Of a stretch of 46,328 nt of DNA, positions 8,493 to 17,746 are shown piece by piece. The position numbers and the translations under genes are program-made. The notes beneath the pieces are model-generated. The model did no database searches and was not told where the DNA came from. It was given only the letters and a program-made list of their open reading frames with translations. Each line of letters starts with the position of its first letter. Positions within the stretch are counted from its first letter, which is position 1. This DNA is from a virus, in the IMG/VR virus record IMGVR_UViG_3300021060_000001, positions 1 through 46,328 of that record, one strand, 5' to 3'.

Positions 8493-9101
8493 ATGAGCGA
8501 CCAGCGGCAGAAGCAGGCGGACGAAGCTCGCGCCAAGGCCCGCGAGGCGGCCGAGAAGTCCGGCGTCCAGGCGCAGAAGGCGCAGGGCAAGGACGAGCGC
8601 GGTGTTGAGGAGCAGGCCATCGGCGCCCGCCAGGAGCCCGACGAGATCGCGCGAGACACTGCCGCCATGCAGGGCCGATCCGGCGTCGAGGGTCTTGACC
8701 CGTCCGAGCCGAAGGACACGCTGCTTGCCAGCCCCGGCGCGCAGTTCGACCCGGCCGCTGTCGCCCGCACGCCCGGCACCGGCATCACGTCCGCGCCGCT
8801 CGGCCAGCCGGTCCCACTGTCGCTCACGTCGAACCAGCGCACCCCGGACCCGTACGAGTTCGAGGACGGCGAAAACACGACCTGGGGCAAAGACGAGCGC
8901 ACCGGCAAGGTGATCCGTCCGCGCACGTACCCGGAACTCGAAAATCAGGACGTGCTGGTTACGAAGTCTGCGTACTACCTCGACGCGATCCGCAACGAGG
9001 GCGAGATCATCCGGAACTATTCCGGCCCGCTCGCCTCATGGATGCAGCCGCTCGATGCGCGCGGCCAGGAGATCCCGCGCAATCGGTTCAAGCTGGCCTG
9101 A
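8493..9101 (+). CDS. Hypothetical virion-module protein (202 aa) with a charged, disordered N-terminus
   Basis: GAGGA SD upstream of the ATG. No motif recognised. Confidence 0.6.
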   Translation: MSDQRQKQADEARAKAREAAEKSGVQAQKAQGKDERGVEEQAIGARQEPDEIARDTAAMQGRSGVEGLDPSEPKDTLLASPGAQFDPAAVARTPGTGITSAPLGQPVPLSLTSNQRTPDPYEFEDGENTTWGKDERTGKVIRPRTYPELENQDVLVTKSAYYLDAIRNEGEIIRNYSGPLASWMQPLDARGQEIPRNRFKLA

Positions 9102-9155
9102 TTGGCCGGCGGCGGGCTCGGCCCGAACTGAGGGCGATACAGACGAGGGCGAGAC

Positions 9156-10088
9156 GTGGCAGCTTCTGAAATTGAGATCTGCAACCTCGCCCTCGGCCAT
9201 CTACGCCAAAACACCATCACGGCGTTCAACAACCTGAGCCCGGCCGCCAAGCAGGCGAGCATCTTCTACCGGCAGGCCATCGATACGGCGATCCGCGCCT
9301 TCGACTGGCCGTTCGCCCGGTCTTACGCCCCCGGCACCCGTGCCGATGTGGCGTGCCCGCCGGGCTGGATCTACGCTTACGAGACTCCCGCCGATTGCCT
9401 GTGCCTGCGCGAGATCGCGCGGCCGAACCGGCTCGACCCGATCATCCCCTATCACATCGCGCGGGTATCAGGCCGGTCGGTGATCTTCACCAATTGCGCG
9501 GCCCCGGTGTTCCGTTACTCGGCCCGCGTGACGGATGTGGCCGATTACGACGTGGAGTTCGTAGAAGCCGCCGCCTACACCCTAGCGATGGCGCTCGCCA
9601 TGCCGCTCACGGGCAAGATCTCGCTCGTGGACGCCATGCGTAAACTCGCGGCCGGTGTCGTGGCGCAGGCGCAGGTGGACGCGGCAAACGAGGACACGAA
9701 CGACATCGGCGAGGACCCGGTGCCGGACTGGCTCGGCGTGCGCGGCATCCCGAGCCTGACGCGGGCTGAGCGGGCGCAAGGCGCCATGTACGGGGCTCAC
9801 GTCGGACCGCTGGCGGTTCACTACCTTCCGAACGAAAGCGGCGCCCCTGCCCCCGCCATGCTAACGGGATCACCGTCCGAGCTTGAGGCCGCATACGTGC
9901 CGGGGCTGACGGCGCCGCTCGAGCCGCCCATGCCGATCCTTGGCAGTTCGGACTTCACCGTCGCGGTCGATGGAAAGCGCGAAGGCTACGCCGGACAGGA
10001 CGTGGACGGTGATGGCGATCTCGACAACTTCGACGCCCTGCTCGCGCTGATATCGGCCGGCATGGGTGGTAGTGGACAAGAGGGTTAA
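9156..10088 (+). CDS. Head-tail adaptor / tail tubular protein A-like (310 aa) with a C-terminal extension carrying a DxDxDG loop
   Basis: GTG start. N-terminal EICNLALGHLRQNTI resembles the gp11-type xxNxALxxIG motif. Lies upstream of the nozzle gene. DVDGDGDLDNFD near the C-terminus. Confidence 0.6.
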   Translation: MAASEIEICNLALGHLRQNTITAFNNLSPAAKQASIFYRQAIDTAIRAFDWPFARSYAPGTRADVACPPGWIYAYETPADCLCLREIARPNRLDPIIPYHIARVSGRSVIFTNCAAPVFRYSARVTDVADYDVEFVEAAAYTLAMALAMPLTGKISLVDAMRKLAAGVVAQAQVDAANEDTNDIGEDPVPDWLGVRGIPSLTRAERAQGAMYGAHVGPLAVHYLPNESGAPAPAMLTGSPSELEAAYVPGLTAPLEPPMPILGSSDFTVAVDGKREGYAGQDVDGDGDLDNFDALLALISAGMGGSGQEG

Positions 10089-10090
10089 GC

Positions 10091-11350
10091 GTGGCCGATC
10101 TGATCCTTGAGCGCATCCAAGAGCGCCGCTCCGTCGATGCCGGGTATCGTCCGCCGACGACGGGGCCGCGCGCCCTGCGGCAGGGCGAGCCGTTCGTGAA
10201 CCTGACGGACCTCAAGCGGTGCATTGGCAAGGGCGACGGGACGTTCATCGAATATTCCCTCTACCAAGATGCGCAGCAGCAGGCGGCCCAATCCGGCGCG
10301 GTGAACGTCATGGATGGGTTCGTGAGCGAGGTGCAGCTTGCGGCCGGCGAAAACGTGGCGCCGAAAGTTGCGGAAGCGGCGGCGTTCGCCCGAGCGAATG
10401 GGCGGCGCGCGCTTTTCTTCCCGGCCCACGCACGGACGTTCCTGCTGAACGGTCCGACCATTGATATCAGTGGTCTGCGAGTTTACGGCCTGTCGAGCGG
10501 TAGCGCCCTGGGGTCTCGGCTGAAGACCGAGGCGGCCGTGAGCACGTTCGCCACGGTATCGGCGCACGCAACCGTCGAGAACCTGGGGATGGAGCACTAC
10601 GGCTCTGCCGGCCTGATGATCGACCTTATCCAGACGGAAGGCGATCTTGTCCGCAACTGCAACCTCGTGTCGCTGAATAACACGAACCAGGGCGCTTTGA
10701 TCCGCATCGGCGGCTCGAATTCGTACGTGGACGACTGCACGATCTCGAATTTCTCGCCGGGCCAGTACAGCATCCTATTCACGCGAACGGCCTCGCGCAT
10801 CCTTATCAACAGCGCCGTGCGGCGGACGTATTTCGGCGGCCCCGGCGCTGGTATTAGCATCGGCGCGGCGCCGGGGCAGGCGCGACCTGAGGGTATCACA
10901 ATTTCGCAGTGCAACAGCGTCCTTACGGGCGGGCCGTTGGTCGAACTGTCCTCGTGTCTCAATTTCCGCATGACGGACAACATGGTGGACCAGGGGCCGG
11001 CGAGCGGGGCTATATTGCTCGGCCCGGCCGGTCAGGGCATCATGGGCGTGTCCATCGTCGGGAACTACATCTCGAACGCCTCGGGAGGCAACAACGGCGG
11101 CGGCATCGTTCATGTCGGTTCGGGTGCGGCCAGCCTAACTGGCATGGTCGTAATGGGGAACGAGTTCGGGTACTGCAACACCGGGGCCTCGTTCGGTCAG
11201 AACGCTTCGCTGATCTCGTTCGTGGGGAACTACTTCCACGACATGCTGACCGGCATTAGCGTAGCTTTGTTTGATAACGCTCAGGCAAAGTTTGGAGAAA
11301 GCAACCTTCTCGGCCCCGGCGTTGTTGGCCTAACCACAATCGGGTCCTGA
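10091..11350 (+). CDS. Second parallel beta-helix tail protein (419 aa), putative tailspike/depolymerase
   Basis: GTG start 6 nt after GAGGG. Repeated PbH1-like turns (VRNCNLVS, VDDCTISN, ITISQCNS, VSIVGNYISN, MVVMGNEFG, ISFVGNYFHD). Confidence 0.65.
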   Translation: MADLILERIQERRSVDAGYRPPTTGPRALRQGEPFVNLTDLKRCIGKGDGTFIEYSLYQDAQQQAAQSGAVNVMDGFVSEVQLAAGENVAPKVAEAAAFARANGRRALFFPAHARTFLLNGPTIDISGLRVYGLSSGSALGSRLKTEAAVSTFATVSAHATVENLGMEHYGSAGLMIDLIQTEGDLVRNCNLVSLNNTNQGALIRIGGSNSYVDDCTISNFSPGQYSILFTRTASRILINSAVRRTYFGGPGAGISIGAAPGQARPEGITISQCNSVLTGGPLVELSSCLNFRMTDNMVDQGPASGAILLGPAGQGIMGVSIVGNYISNASGGNNGGGIVHVGSGAASLTGMVVMGNEFGYCNTGASFGQNASLISFVGNYFHDMLTGISVALFDNAQAKFGESNLLGPGVVGLTTIGS

Positions 11351-11351
11351 T

Positions 11352-13451
11352 ATGCCCAAGAAGCTCCAAGCGTCGTTTACAGGCGGGGAACTCGACCCCA
11401 AGCTTCACGCGCGCGTGGATCTGGCGAAGTACGCTACGGGCGCGGCCAAACTCACGAACTGGATCGTGCATCCCTACGGGGGCGCCTCGAACCGTCCGGG
11501 TCTGGAATTCGTTGCGGCGTGCGGCGGGTCGGCCACGACGGTTCGTCTCGTGGAATTCCAGCTTTCGCCGAACGATACGTGCGTGCTGGAGTTCGGCGAC
11601 GGGTACATGCGCGTACTTCGCCGGGGCGCGCTGATCCTGAAGGACGGGGTTCCCTATTCGATCCAGACGCCGTATGGCGCCGACGTGGTGAAGGGCCTGC
11701 GGTTCGAGCAGTCGAACGACGTTCTCAAGATCACGACGCAGGCGTACCGGCCGCAGAACCTATCCCGGTTCGCGCTCGATGACTGGCGGTTCTCGGATAT
11801 CGTGGTGACACCCGCTGTCCCGGCGCCGAACGACCTGGAGGGAAAGGCGAACGACCGCCCTCTGGCGACAGATGGAAGTGAGGCTCGGTATAACTTTCCG
11901 AGCACGTACACGGTTACGTCGATAGACGCACTTACTGGACGCGAAAGTGCACCGTCGTCTTTCGTCACGATCCAGAACGATCTAACCCTGCGAGGGTTCA
12001 ACAACGAGATCCGGTTTACTAAGGTAAACGGCGCATCGTCTTACAACCTTTACAAGCAGGATAAGACGATTTTCGGTATCATAGGAACTCTTTTCCAGGA
12101 TCAGCCCCCAGGAAGCGACGGAAAGATCGGGTATCAGGACGCGAACGTTTCGCCAGATACATCGAACGGAGTTCCACAACAGAAAGACCCATTCAACGGG
12201 GAGGGCAACTGGCCTCGCGCGTCGGCGTACTTTCAGCAGCGCGTCGTTCTTGGCGGCCCTGCAAACAAGGCGAACCAAATCAACCTTTCGCAGTCCGGCG
12301 ATTTCAACAACTTCAACACCTCGTTCCCGACGCGGGATAGCGACGCGATTACGTTCGCGCTCGCCGCCCGTCAGCGCCAGGACGTTCTATTCTTCATTGC
12401 CGTGGAGGATCTGATCGTCTTCACCACGTCGGGAGAGTGGCGCGTGCGCGGGAACGATCAGGGCACGATCACGCCGAGCGCTGTCGATGCTCGTCAGCAG
12501 TCGTCGTATGGGTGCGCTGAGAACGTCCAGCCGCTCATCGTTCAGGACGATATCGTGTTCGTCCAGGCGAAGGGGCAGACGGTCCGTTCCATCGCGTACG
12601 ATTTCGGGCAAAACAAGTATCGAGGCGTGAACCTATCCCTGCTTGCCGGCCATCTGTTTGAGGGGCGAACCATCGTCCAGATGGCGTACGCGCAGGTCCC
12701 GCACTCGACCATGATGTTCATCATGAGCGACGGCGGCGCACTGTCGTTCACCTACCTCAAAGACGAAGAAGTCTGGGCGTGGTCGCCCCACGTCACCGAT
12801 GGCATTTTCGAGAGTGTTGCCGCCGTCGCAGAGGGCGAGGAGGACGTATTCTATTTCGTCGTTCGGCGCACGGTCCAGGGGCAGCAGGTCCGGTATATCG
12901 AGCGCCGCCGGTCCCGCCGAATGGACAACATTTTCCAGTCGTTCTTCGTGGACAGCGGCCTGCAATATCTCGGGCCTACCACGTCGAGTGTGTCGGGGCT
13001 CGGGCACCTTGAGGGCCGGCAGGTTGTTGGGGTCGTGAACGGCCGGGTCGTCCAGGGCCTGACGGTCGTGAACGGCCGGGTCGATTTGCCGTTCCCCGGC
13101 GAGGCGATTGCGCTCGGCCTGTACTATGGCTCGGAACTGGAGACGCTGGACCTCGACGTGGGGAACGTCTCGCTGAACGGCGAACTTCGGAATATCCAGA
13201 AGATCGTCGTCCACGTTGAGAAGACAGCCGGATTGCTGCACACCGCGACCGGGAACGACGGCCTGTACGGTCACGACGTGCGCGGCGACGAGGGCGAGGA
13301 AGCGCCCGGCGGCCTGTTCACGGGCTCGTATGAGGCGAAGGTGGACGGTGATTGGAACAACAACGGGCGCGTGCGCTTCTCTGTCGCCCTAACGCCTGCT
13401 ACGATCCTCGCCGTGGTTCCTCAATTCGAGGCGGGGGGAGATGCAGAATGA
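11352..13451 (+). CDS. Tail tubular protein B / nozzle (699 aa) with a low-GC FN3-like insertion
   Basis: N-terminus SFTGGELDPKLHARVDLAKY...GGASNRPG resembles gp12-type nozzle proteins. Size and position agree. The insertion carries VNGASSYNLYKQ. Confidence 0.7.
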   Translation: MPKKLQASFTGGELDPKLHARVDLAKYATGAAKLTNWIVHPYGGASNRPGLEFVAACGGSATTVRLVEFQLSPNDTCVLEFGDGYMRVLRRGALILKDGVPYSIQTPYGADVVKGLRFEQSNDVLKITTQAYRPQNLSRFALDDWRFSDIVVTPAVPAPNDLEGKANDRPLATDGSEARYNFPSTYTVTSIDALTGRESAPSSFVTIQNDLTLRGFNNEIRFTKVNGASSYNLYKQDKTIFGIIGTLFQDQPPGSDGKIGYQDANVSPDTSNGVPQQKDPFNGEGNWPRASAYFQQRVVLGGPANKANQINLSQSGDFNNFNTSFPTRDSDAITFALAARQRQDVLFFIAVEDLIVFTTSGEWRVRGNDQGTITPSAVDARQQSSYGCAENVQPLIVQDDIVFVQAKGQTVRSIAYDFGQNKYRGVNLSLLAGHLFEGRTIVQMAYAQVPHSTMMFIMSDGGALSFTYLKDEEVWAWSPHVTDGIFESVAAVAEGEEDVFYFVVRRTVQGQQVRYIERRRSRRMDNIFQSFFVDSGLQYLGPTTSSVSGLGHLEGRQVVGVVNGRVVQGLTVVNGRVDLPFPGEAIALGLYYGSELETLDLDVGNVSLNGELRNIQKIVVHVEKTAGLLHTATGNDGLYGHDVRGDEGEEAPGGLFTGSYEAKVDGDWNNNGRVRFSVALTPATILAVVPQFEAGGDAE

Positions 13452-13914
13452 GTTGGTGGTTCGTCCCGCTGCTGACGGTGATGTGGATCTGTTTGCTGGC
13501 GTGCTACGCGGTGTCGATCTTCGGGAGATCGCTGCAACGTCGCTTGCTCCTCCGGCAGGTGCGATTGCTCGGTGCCTTGCCGCCTCTGACCGGACATGGG
13601 TCGGGCTCCTTGACGGGGAGCCTATGTTTATATCGGGCATATCCCGTGCCAACTTCATGTCTGCCCGTAGGGCTCCATGGCTCCTCGGTACGCCCCTGAT
13701 CGACACGAACCCCCGGCCGTTCCTGCGGTACACGCGGGCGGCGATGCCAGGGCTGCTGGCGGCGCATCCGTGGATGGAGAACCACATCGACGCCCGGTCC
13801 ACGCGGACGATTGCGTGGCTGCGGTGGCTGGGTTTCGTGATACATGATGCGAAACCCTACGGCGCCCTCGGCCGCCCGTTCCACCGCTTCTCGATAGGAG
13901 GCCCCCATTTGTGA
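13441..13914 (+). CDS. DUF2833/GNAT-fold-like internal virion protein (157 aa, gp13-position)
   Basis: VRPAADGDVDLFAGVLRGVDLREI...PWLLGT...ENHIDARSTRTIAWLRWLGF pattern as I recall it for DUF2833. Overlaps the nozzle stop by 11 nt. Confidence 0.5.
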   Translation: MQNELVVRPAADGDVDLFAGVLRGVDLREIAATSLAPPAGAIARCLAASDRTWVGLLDGEPMFISGISRANFMSARRAPWLLGTPLIDTNPRPFLRYTRAAMPGLLAAHPWMENHIDARSTRTIAWLRWLGFVIHDAKPYGALGRPFHRFSIGGPHL

Positions 13915-14419
13915 AATCGCGACCCTCTCGGCCATCGCCGGTATCGTCGGGACGGGCGTGTCGGCGCTCGGCGCGATCCAGCAGGGGCAGGCCCAATCGC
14001 AGGCGGCGAAGTATCAGGCCGCCGTGGATCGCAACAACTCGATCCTGGCGCAGCGGTCAGCCGCCGACGCCGTGGAGCGCGGCAAGGAAGCCGAGGCGAC
14101 CCAGCGCCGGAAGACGACGATCACGCTCGCCCGTCAGCGCGCGGCGGTGGCGTCGAGCGGCATCGAACTCGACACGGGCTCGCCCCTGGATATCCTCGGC
14201 GACACGGCGCAGTTCGGCGAACTCGATGCGCAGACGGTGCGTGGGAACACGGAACGCGAGCGGCTGGGATACGAGGCGCAGGGGAGCAACTTCCGCGCGT
14301 CTGCCGGCCTCAACGACATGAAGGCGTCGAGCGCCAAGACCGCCGGGATGATCGGCGCGACAAGCTCGCTTCTGTCCGGGGCCACGTCGGTTGCGGGCAA
14401 CTGGTATAAGATGAAGTGA
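13907..14419 (+). CDS. Small ejectosome/core protein. Proposed ATT start at 13907; the first canonical start is GTG 13958 (153 aa).
   Basis: Frame opens after TAG 13895-13897. AGGAGG (13896-13901) lies 5 nt upstream of ATT. The extra 17 codons encode the hydrophobic ICEIATLSAIAGIVGTG with GC-rich third positions. The body contains ...ARQRAAVASSGIELDTGSPLDILGD.... Confidence 0.5.
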   Translation: MCEIATLSAIAGIVGTGVSALGAIQQGQAQSQAAKYQAAVDRNNSILAQRSAADAVERGKEAEATQRRKTTITLARQRAAVASSGIELDTGSPLDILGDTAQFGELDAQTVRGNTERERLGYEAQGSNFRASAGLNDMKASSAKTAGMIGATSSLLSGATSVAGNWYKMK

Positions 14420-14420
14420 T

Positions 14421-14487
14421 GCGGGCGAATATCCACCCTCACGGTTAGGATAGCCCCTGCGCGCAGGGAGCCCTCGCTGCCGCCCGC
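14421..14487 (+). other. Structured intergenic element: outer stem GCGGGCG/CGCCCGC enclosing the 14-bp palindrome CCCTGCGCGCAGGG, flanked by TAGGATA direct repeats
   Basis: Read directly in the 88-nt gap between 14419 and 14508. Confidence 0.35.
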
Positions 14488-14507
14488 ATCTCGGATAGGA
14501 TACTGCA

Positions 14508-17500
14508 ATGGCGATCCAAGTTCCAGCCGTCACGAACCGCAGCGTCCAGACGGAGCGCGCCCCGAACCAGTTCCAGTCCGACGCGGGCGCGACGCCCGAC
14601 GCCTTCGGCGGGCTTGAGGGTCGCGCGCTTCAGGGGCTCGGCGGTGCGGCCATGCAGGGCGCGAGCGTCCTCAACGATGTGGCGCAACAGCGAAAGGCCG
14701 AGGACGACACCCGGACCGTGCTGGCGGCGACGAACAGCCTTCAGGACCGCAAGCGCGAGTTCGACTACGGCAAGGATGGGCAGGGCGGGGAGCTTGCGCG
14801 CCAGGGCCTCGACGCGCTCGGTGGCGAGCAGCGCACGGTCGAGTTCTTCAAGGCGACCACGGCGGACATCGCGTCGAAACTGACCGACCCGAAACAGAAA
14901 CTCGTGTTCGACAAGGTGGTCTCGCAACAGCGCGACGCGAGCCTCGACACCGTGGCCCGGCGCGCGGCCGACGAGCGGATCAAGGGCGCGACCATCGTCG
15001 CCAAGACCACGCTCGATCTCGCGTCCAAGGCGGCCGTCGATGACGCCCACTCGGATAAGACCGCTGACGCGCAACTGAACCTGGGCCTTGCCGCGATCCG
15101 GTCGAACATTACGGGCCAGCCGAAAGAGGCCGTCGAGGCGGCGGCGGCCGAGTTCCGGTCCCAGCTACAGACGCAGCGGATCGCGCGCGTCGCCGTGGAC
15201 AGCCCGTCGCAGGCCGCAGCGATGTACGAGCGGCTGAAGCCGCAGATCGCGGGCGCCGACCACATCAAGGTCGAAAAGCTCCTAGAGCCGATGCGCGCCC
15301 GCCAGGAAGGGCAGGCTATCGCGAGCGAGATCACGGGCGCGCCCGGCCCGGCGACGCGGCAGGTGGCCGCCGTGGCCCTCGCCACTGCGCCGCCGCTGGT
15401 TCAGGCTGTGGCCGGCGTCGAGAGTTCGGGCAACCCGAACGCGGTCTCGCCGAAGGGTGCGGCCGGCGTGATGCAGGTGATGCCCGAGACAGCGCGCGAG
15501 ATCTCGGCGAAGCTCGGCGACGGACTGATCGGGCCGGACACGCCGCCGGCCGAGATCAAGCGCATCCTCGCGGACCCGGCCGTGGGCCGGCGGTACGGCA
15601 CGGACTACCTCAAGACACAGCTACAGCGGTTCGGCGGTGACGTGCCGACCGCGCTCGTGGCGTACAACGCCGGCCCGGCCGCGGCGGAACGCTGGCTGAA
15701 AGAGCGCAAGGGGCCGAACGACCTCTCGTCCCTGCCGGCAGAGACACAGAAGTACGTCCCCAAAGTCATGTCCCGGCTGGCGGACGCACAGGGCGGTGGG
15801 CCGTCCGAGGTGGGCGGCAAGCCCGACGTGTTCAACACCGTCCGCATGGGCGCGTTGCCACCGCCCGGTCAGAAGATGACGGCCGACAATTGGTCGCTGA
15901 AGTTCTACAAGCCCGCCGATCTCCTTGCGCCGACCGGGGGCGGGCGCCAGATCGACGCGCGGGCGGCGACCATGGCCGACGCGCTCGGATCGCAGTTCTT
16001 CGAGAAGACGGGCATCCGTATCGGCGTGAACGACGTGAACGACAACCCCGGCACGGCGGGCAAGCGGCGCGGGGCGAGCGACCCCGGCGACAACCCGCAC
16101 GTCTCGGACAGTCAGCACCTTCACGGGAAGGCATTCGATTTTCAGATCCAGAGCTTGAACGAAGCGCAGAAGGCGCAGTTCTTGCAGATCGCGCGACAGG
16201 TCGGCTTTTCGGGGGTGGGGTTCTATGAAGGAAAATCCGGGCACCTCCACTTGGATACGGGCAAGCCGCGCTCGTGGGGAACGATGCCCAAATGGGCCGG
16301 CGGCTCCATGGCTGTCCCGGCGCTCGGGGTCTCGGATATGGCAGTCGCGCCCACTCTCGGCGGTCTTCCGGTTCCCCCCTCCATGCGTGCGGCTGCGGGC
16401 GGCACGGCAACGGGCGCAGCACGACCAGTTAGTGGCGGCCCTGCTGGAACGGGTACATCCTTCCTGCCGCCTGCACTGACCGCCGACGCCCGCGACCTCA
16501 TTGGCACGCCGACGCCCACGGTCTCTTCCGTGGCGGCGGGGGCTTCGTTCGGCGCTGGCCAGCCGGGCGGCATGGTTCCGGCGCCGGTCGCGTCCTCGAT
16601 CCGCCTGCCCGACGACTTCGACGCGCAGTCCTGGCGGGATGCCGTCTCGTCCGACCCGCGCCTCGACAGCCCGGCGAAACAGGCGGCGGCCCGGTCGGCC
16701 GTCGAGCGCGAGATCCGTGCGCGCGAGGGACAAAAGAAGTCCGCCTTGCGCGACCTGAGATCCGAGGCGATCCGCACCGTTCAGGGCGGCAAGGGCTCGG
16801 ACGACCTGCCGCCCGAGATCTATTCCGCGCTGCTGGAAGCCGACCCGAAGTTCGTCACCGACACCCTGCCGGCGATGGAAGACCGGATCAGGAAGCGGAA
16901 GGATAAGACCGACCCGGAGGCGTACCATGAACTCGCGCTCATGGATGACGCCAAGCTCGCCGATCTCGACCTCACGGCGTGGCGCGCGCGGCTGTCGCAG
17001 GGCGATTACGAGAAGTTCAGCGACCGACAGAAGGCGGCAGGCAAGGCGACCGTCGAGGACGCCAACCGCTGGGATGGTATCCAGACTCGGCAGGCCCTCG
17101 CGAACAACGCTCTCAAGTCCGCCGGGATCTTCCCCGACAAGGACGACGCCGAGGCGAACCGCCGGGCGGGGATTTTCTACGGCAGGCTGGACACGGCGGT
17201 TGCCGCGTTCAAGGCCGAGAACAAGCGCGAGATGAGGCCGGCAGAGTTGCAGGAGACGCTCACGAACCTCCTCACGCCGATCAATGCGGGCGATTGGACG
17301 GGAAAGACGCAATACCTGTTCGAGCAGGGCACGGCCGGCGAGAACGCATTCCGCCGCGCGAACCAACTCCCCTTGGTCGGCACCACGGGGAGCGTCGCCC
17401 CGGCGCGCAAGCTTGAGGAGATCCCGCAGGCGAGCCTGCAAACGCTCCTCGACAACCACACGGCCATGCGCGGCGTGGCGCCGACCCCGACGCAGGCGAT

Positions 17501-17738
17501 GCAATTTTACAACGACGGCGTGGCCTTGGAGACCGGGCGCGACCCGAAACCGGACGGTCCGACGCGCACGGAAATCATCTCGGTCCTGCGCCGCAAGTTC
17601 GGCGCCGCGATCCAGACGGACGCCTCGCGTTCCGCCGAGTTCGAGGCTAAGATACAGGACACCTACAACCGGACGCTCCGGTCCCTTCTGACGCCCAAGC
17701 CGGCGGCGACGACCGCCCCGGTGGCAATCCCCTTCTGA
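14508..17738 (+). CDS. Internal virion/ejection protein with lytic transglycosylase (SLT) and peptidase M15A domains (1076 aa)
   Basis: SLT motifs: GVESSGNPNAVSPKGAAGVMQVMP and VAYNAGPAAAERW. M15A zinc motifs: SQHLHGKAFDFQI and GVGFYEGKSGHLHLDTG. Confidence 0.85.
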   Translation: MAIQVPAVTNRSVQTERAPNQFQSDAGATPDAFGGLEGRALQGLGGAAMQGASVLNDVAQQRKAEDDTRTVLAATNSLQDRKREFDYGKDGQGGELARQGLDALGGEQRTVEFFKATTADIASKLTDPKQKLVFDKVVSQQRDASLDTVARRAADERIKGATIVAKTTLDLASKAAVDDAHSDKTADAQLNLGLAAIRSNITGQPKEAVEAAAAEFRSQLQTQRIARVAVDSPSQAAAMYERLKPQIAGADHIKVEKLLEPMRARQEGQAIASEITGAPGPATRQVAAVALATAPPLVQAVAGVESSGNPNAVSPKGAAGVMQVMPETAREISAKLGDGLIGPDTPPAEIKRILADPAVGRRYGTDYLKTQLQRFGGDVPTALVAYNAGPAAAERWLKERKGPNDLSSLPAETQKYVPKVMSRLADAQGGGPSEVGGKPDVFNTVRMGALPPPGQKMTADNWSLKFYKPADLLAPTGGGRQIDARAATMADALGSQFFEKTGIRIGVNDVNDNPGTAGKRRGASDPGDNPHVSDSQHLHGKAFDFQIQSLNEAQKAQFLQIARQVGFSGVGFYEGKSGHLHLDTGKPRSWGTMPKWAGGSMAVPALGVSDMAVAPTLGGLPVPPSMRAAAGGTATGAARPVSGGPAGTGTSFLPPALTADARDLIGTPTPTVSSVAAGASFGAGQPGGMVPAPVASSIRLPDDFDAQSWRDAVSSDPRLDSPAKQAAARSAVEREIRAREGQKKSALRDLRSEAIRTVQGGKGSDDLPPEIYSALLEADPKFVTDTLPAMEDRIRKRKDKTDPEAYHELALMDDAKLADLDLTAWRARLSQGDYEKFSDRQKAAGKATVEDANRWDGIQTRQALANNALKSAGIFPDKDDAEANRRAGIFYGRLDTAVAAFKAENKREMRPAELQETLTNLLTPINAGDWTGKTQYLFEQGTAGENAFRRANQLPLVGTTGSVAPARKLEEIPQASLQTLLDNHTAMRGVAPTPTQAMQFYNDGVALETGRDPKPDGPTRTEIISVLRRKFGAAIQTDASRSAEFEAKIQDTYNRTLRSLLTPKPAATTAPVAIPF

Positions 17739-17746
17739 GGTACACC

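Noticed and set aside
13911-14321. GTG-initiated 136-aa ORF 9 nt downstream of the AGGAGG.
   Set aside because: The product is an Arg/Ser/Pro-rich off-frame translation (MKSRPSRPSPVSSGRACRRSARSS...). The overlapping frame encodes a plausible core protein.
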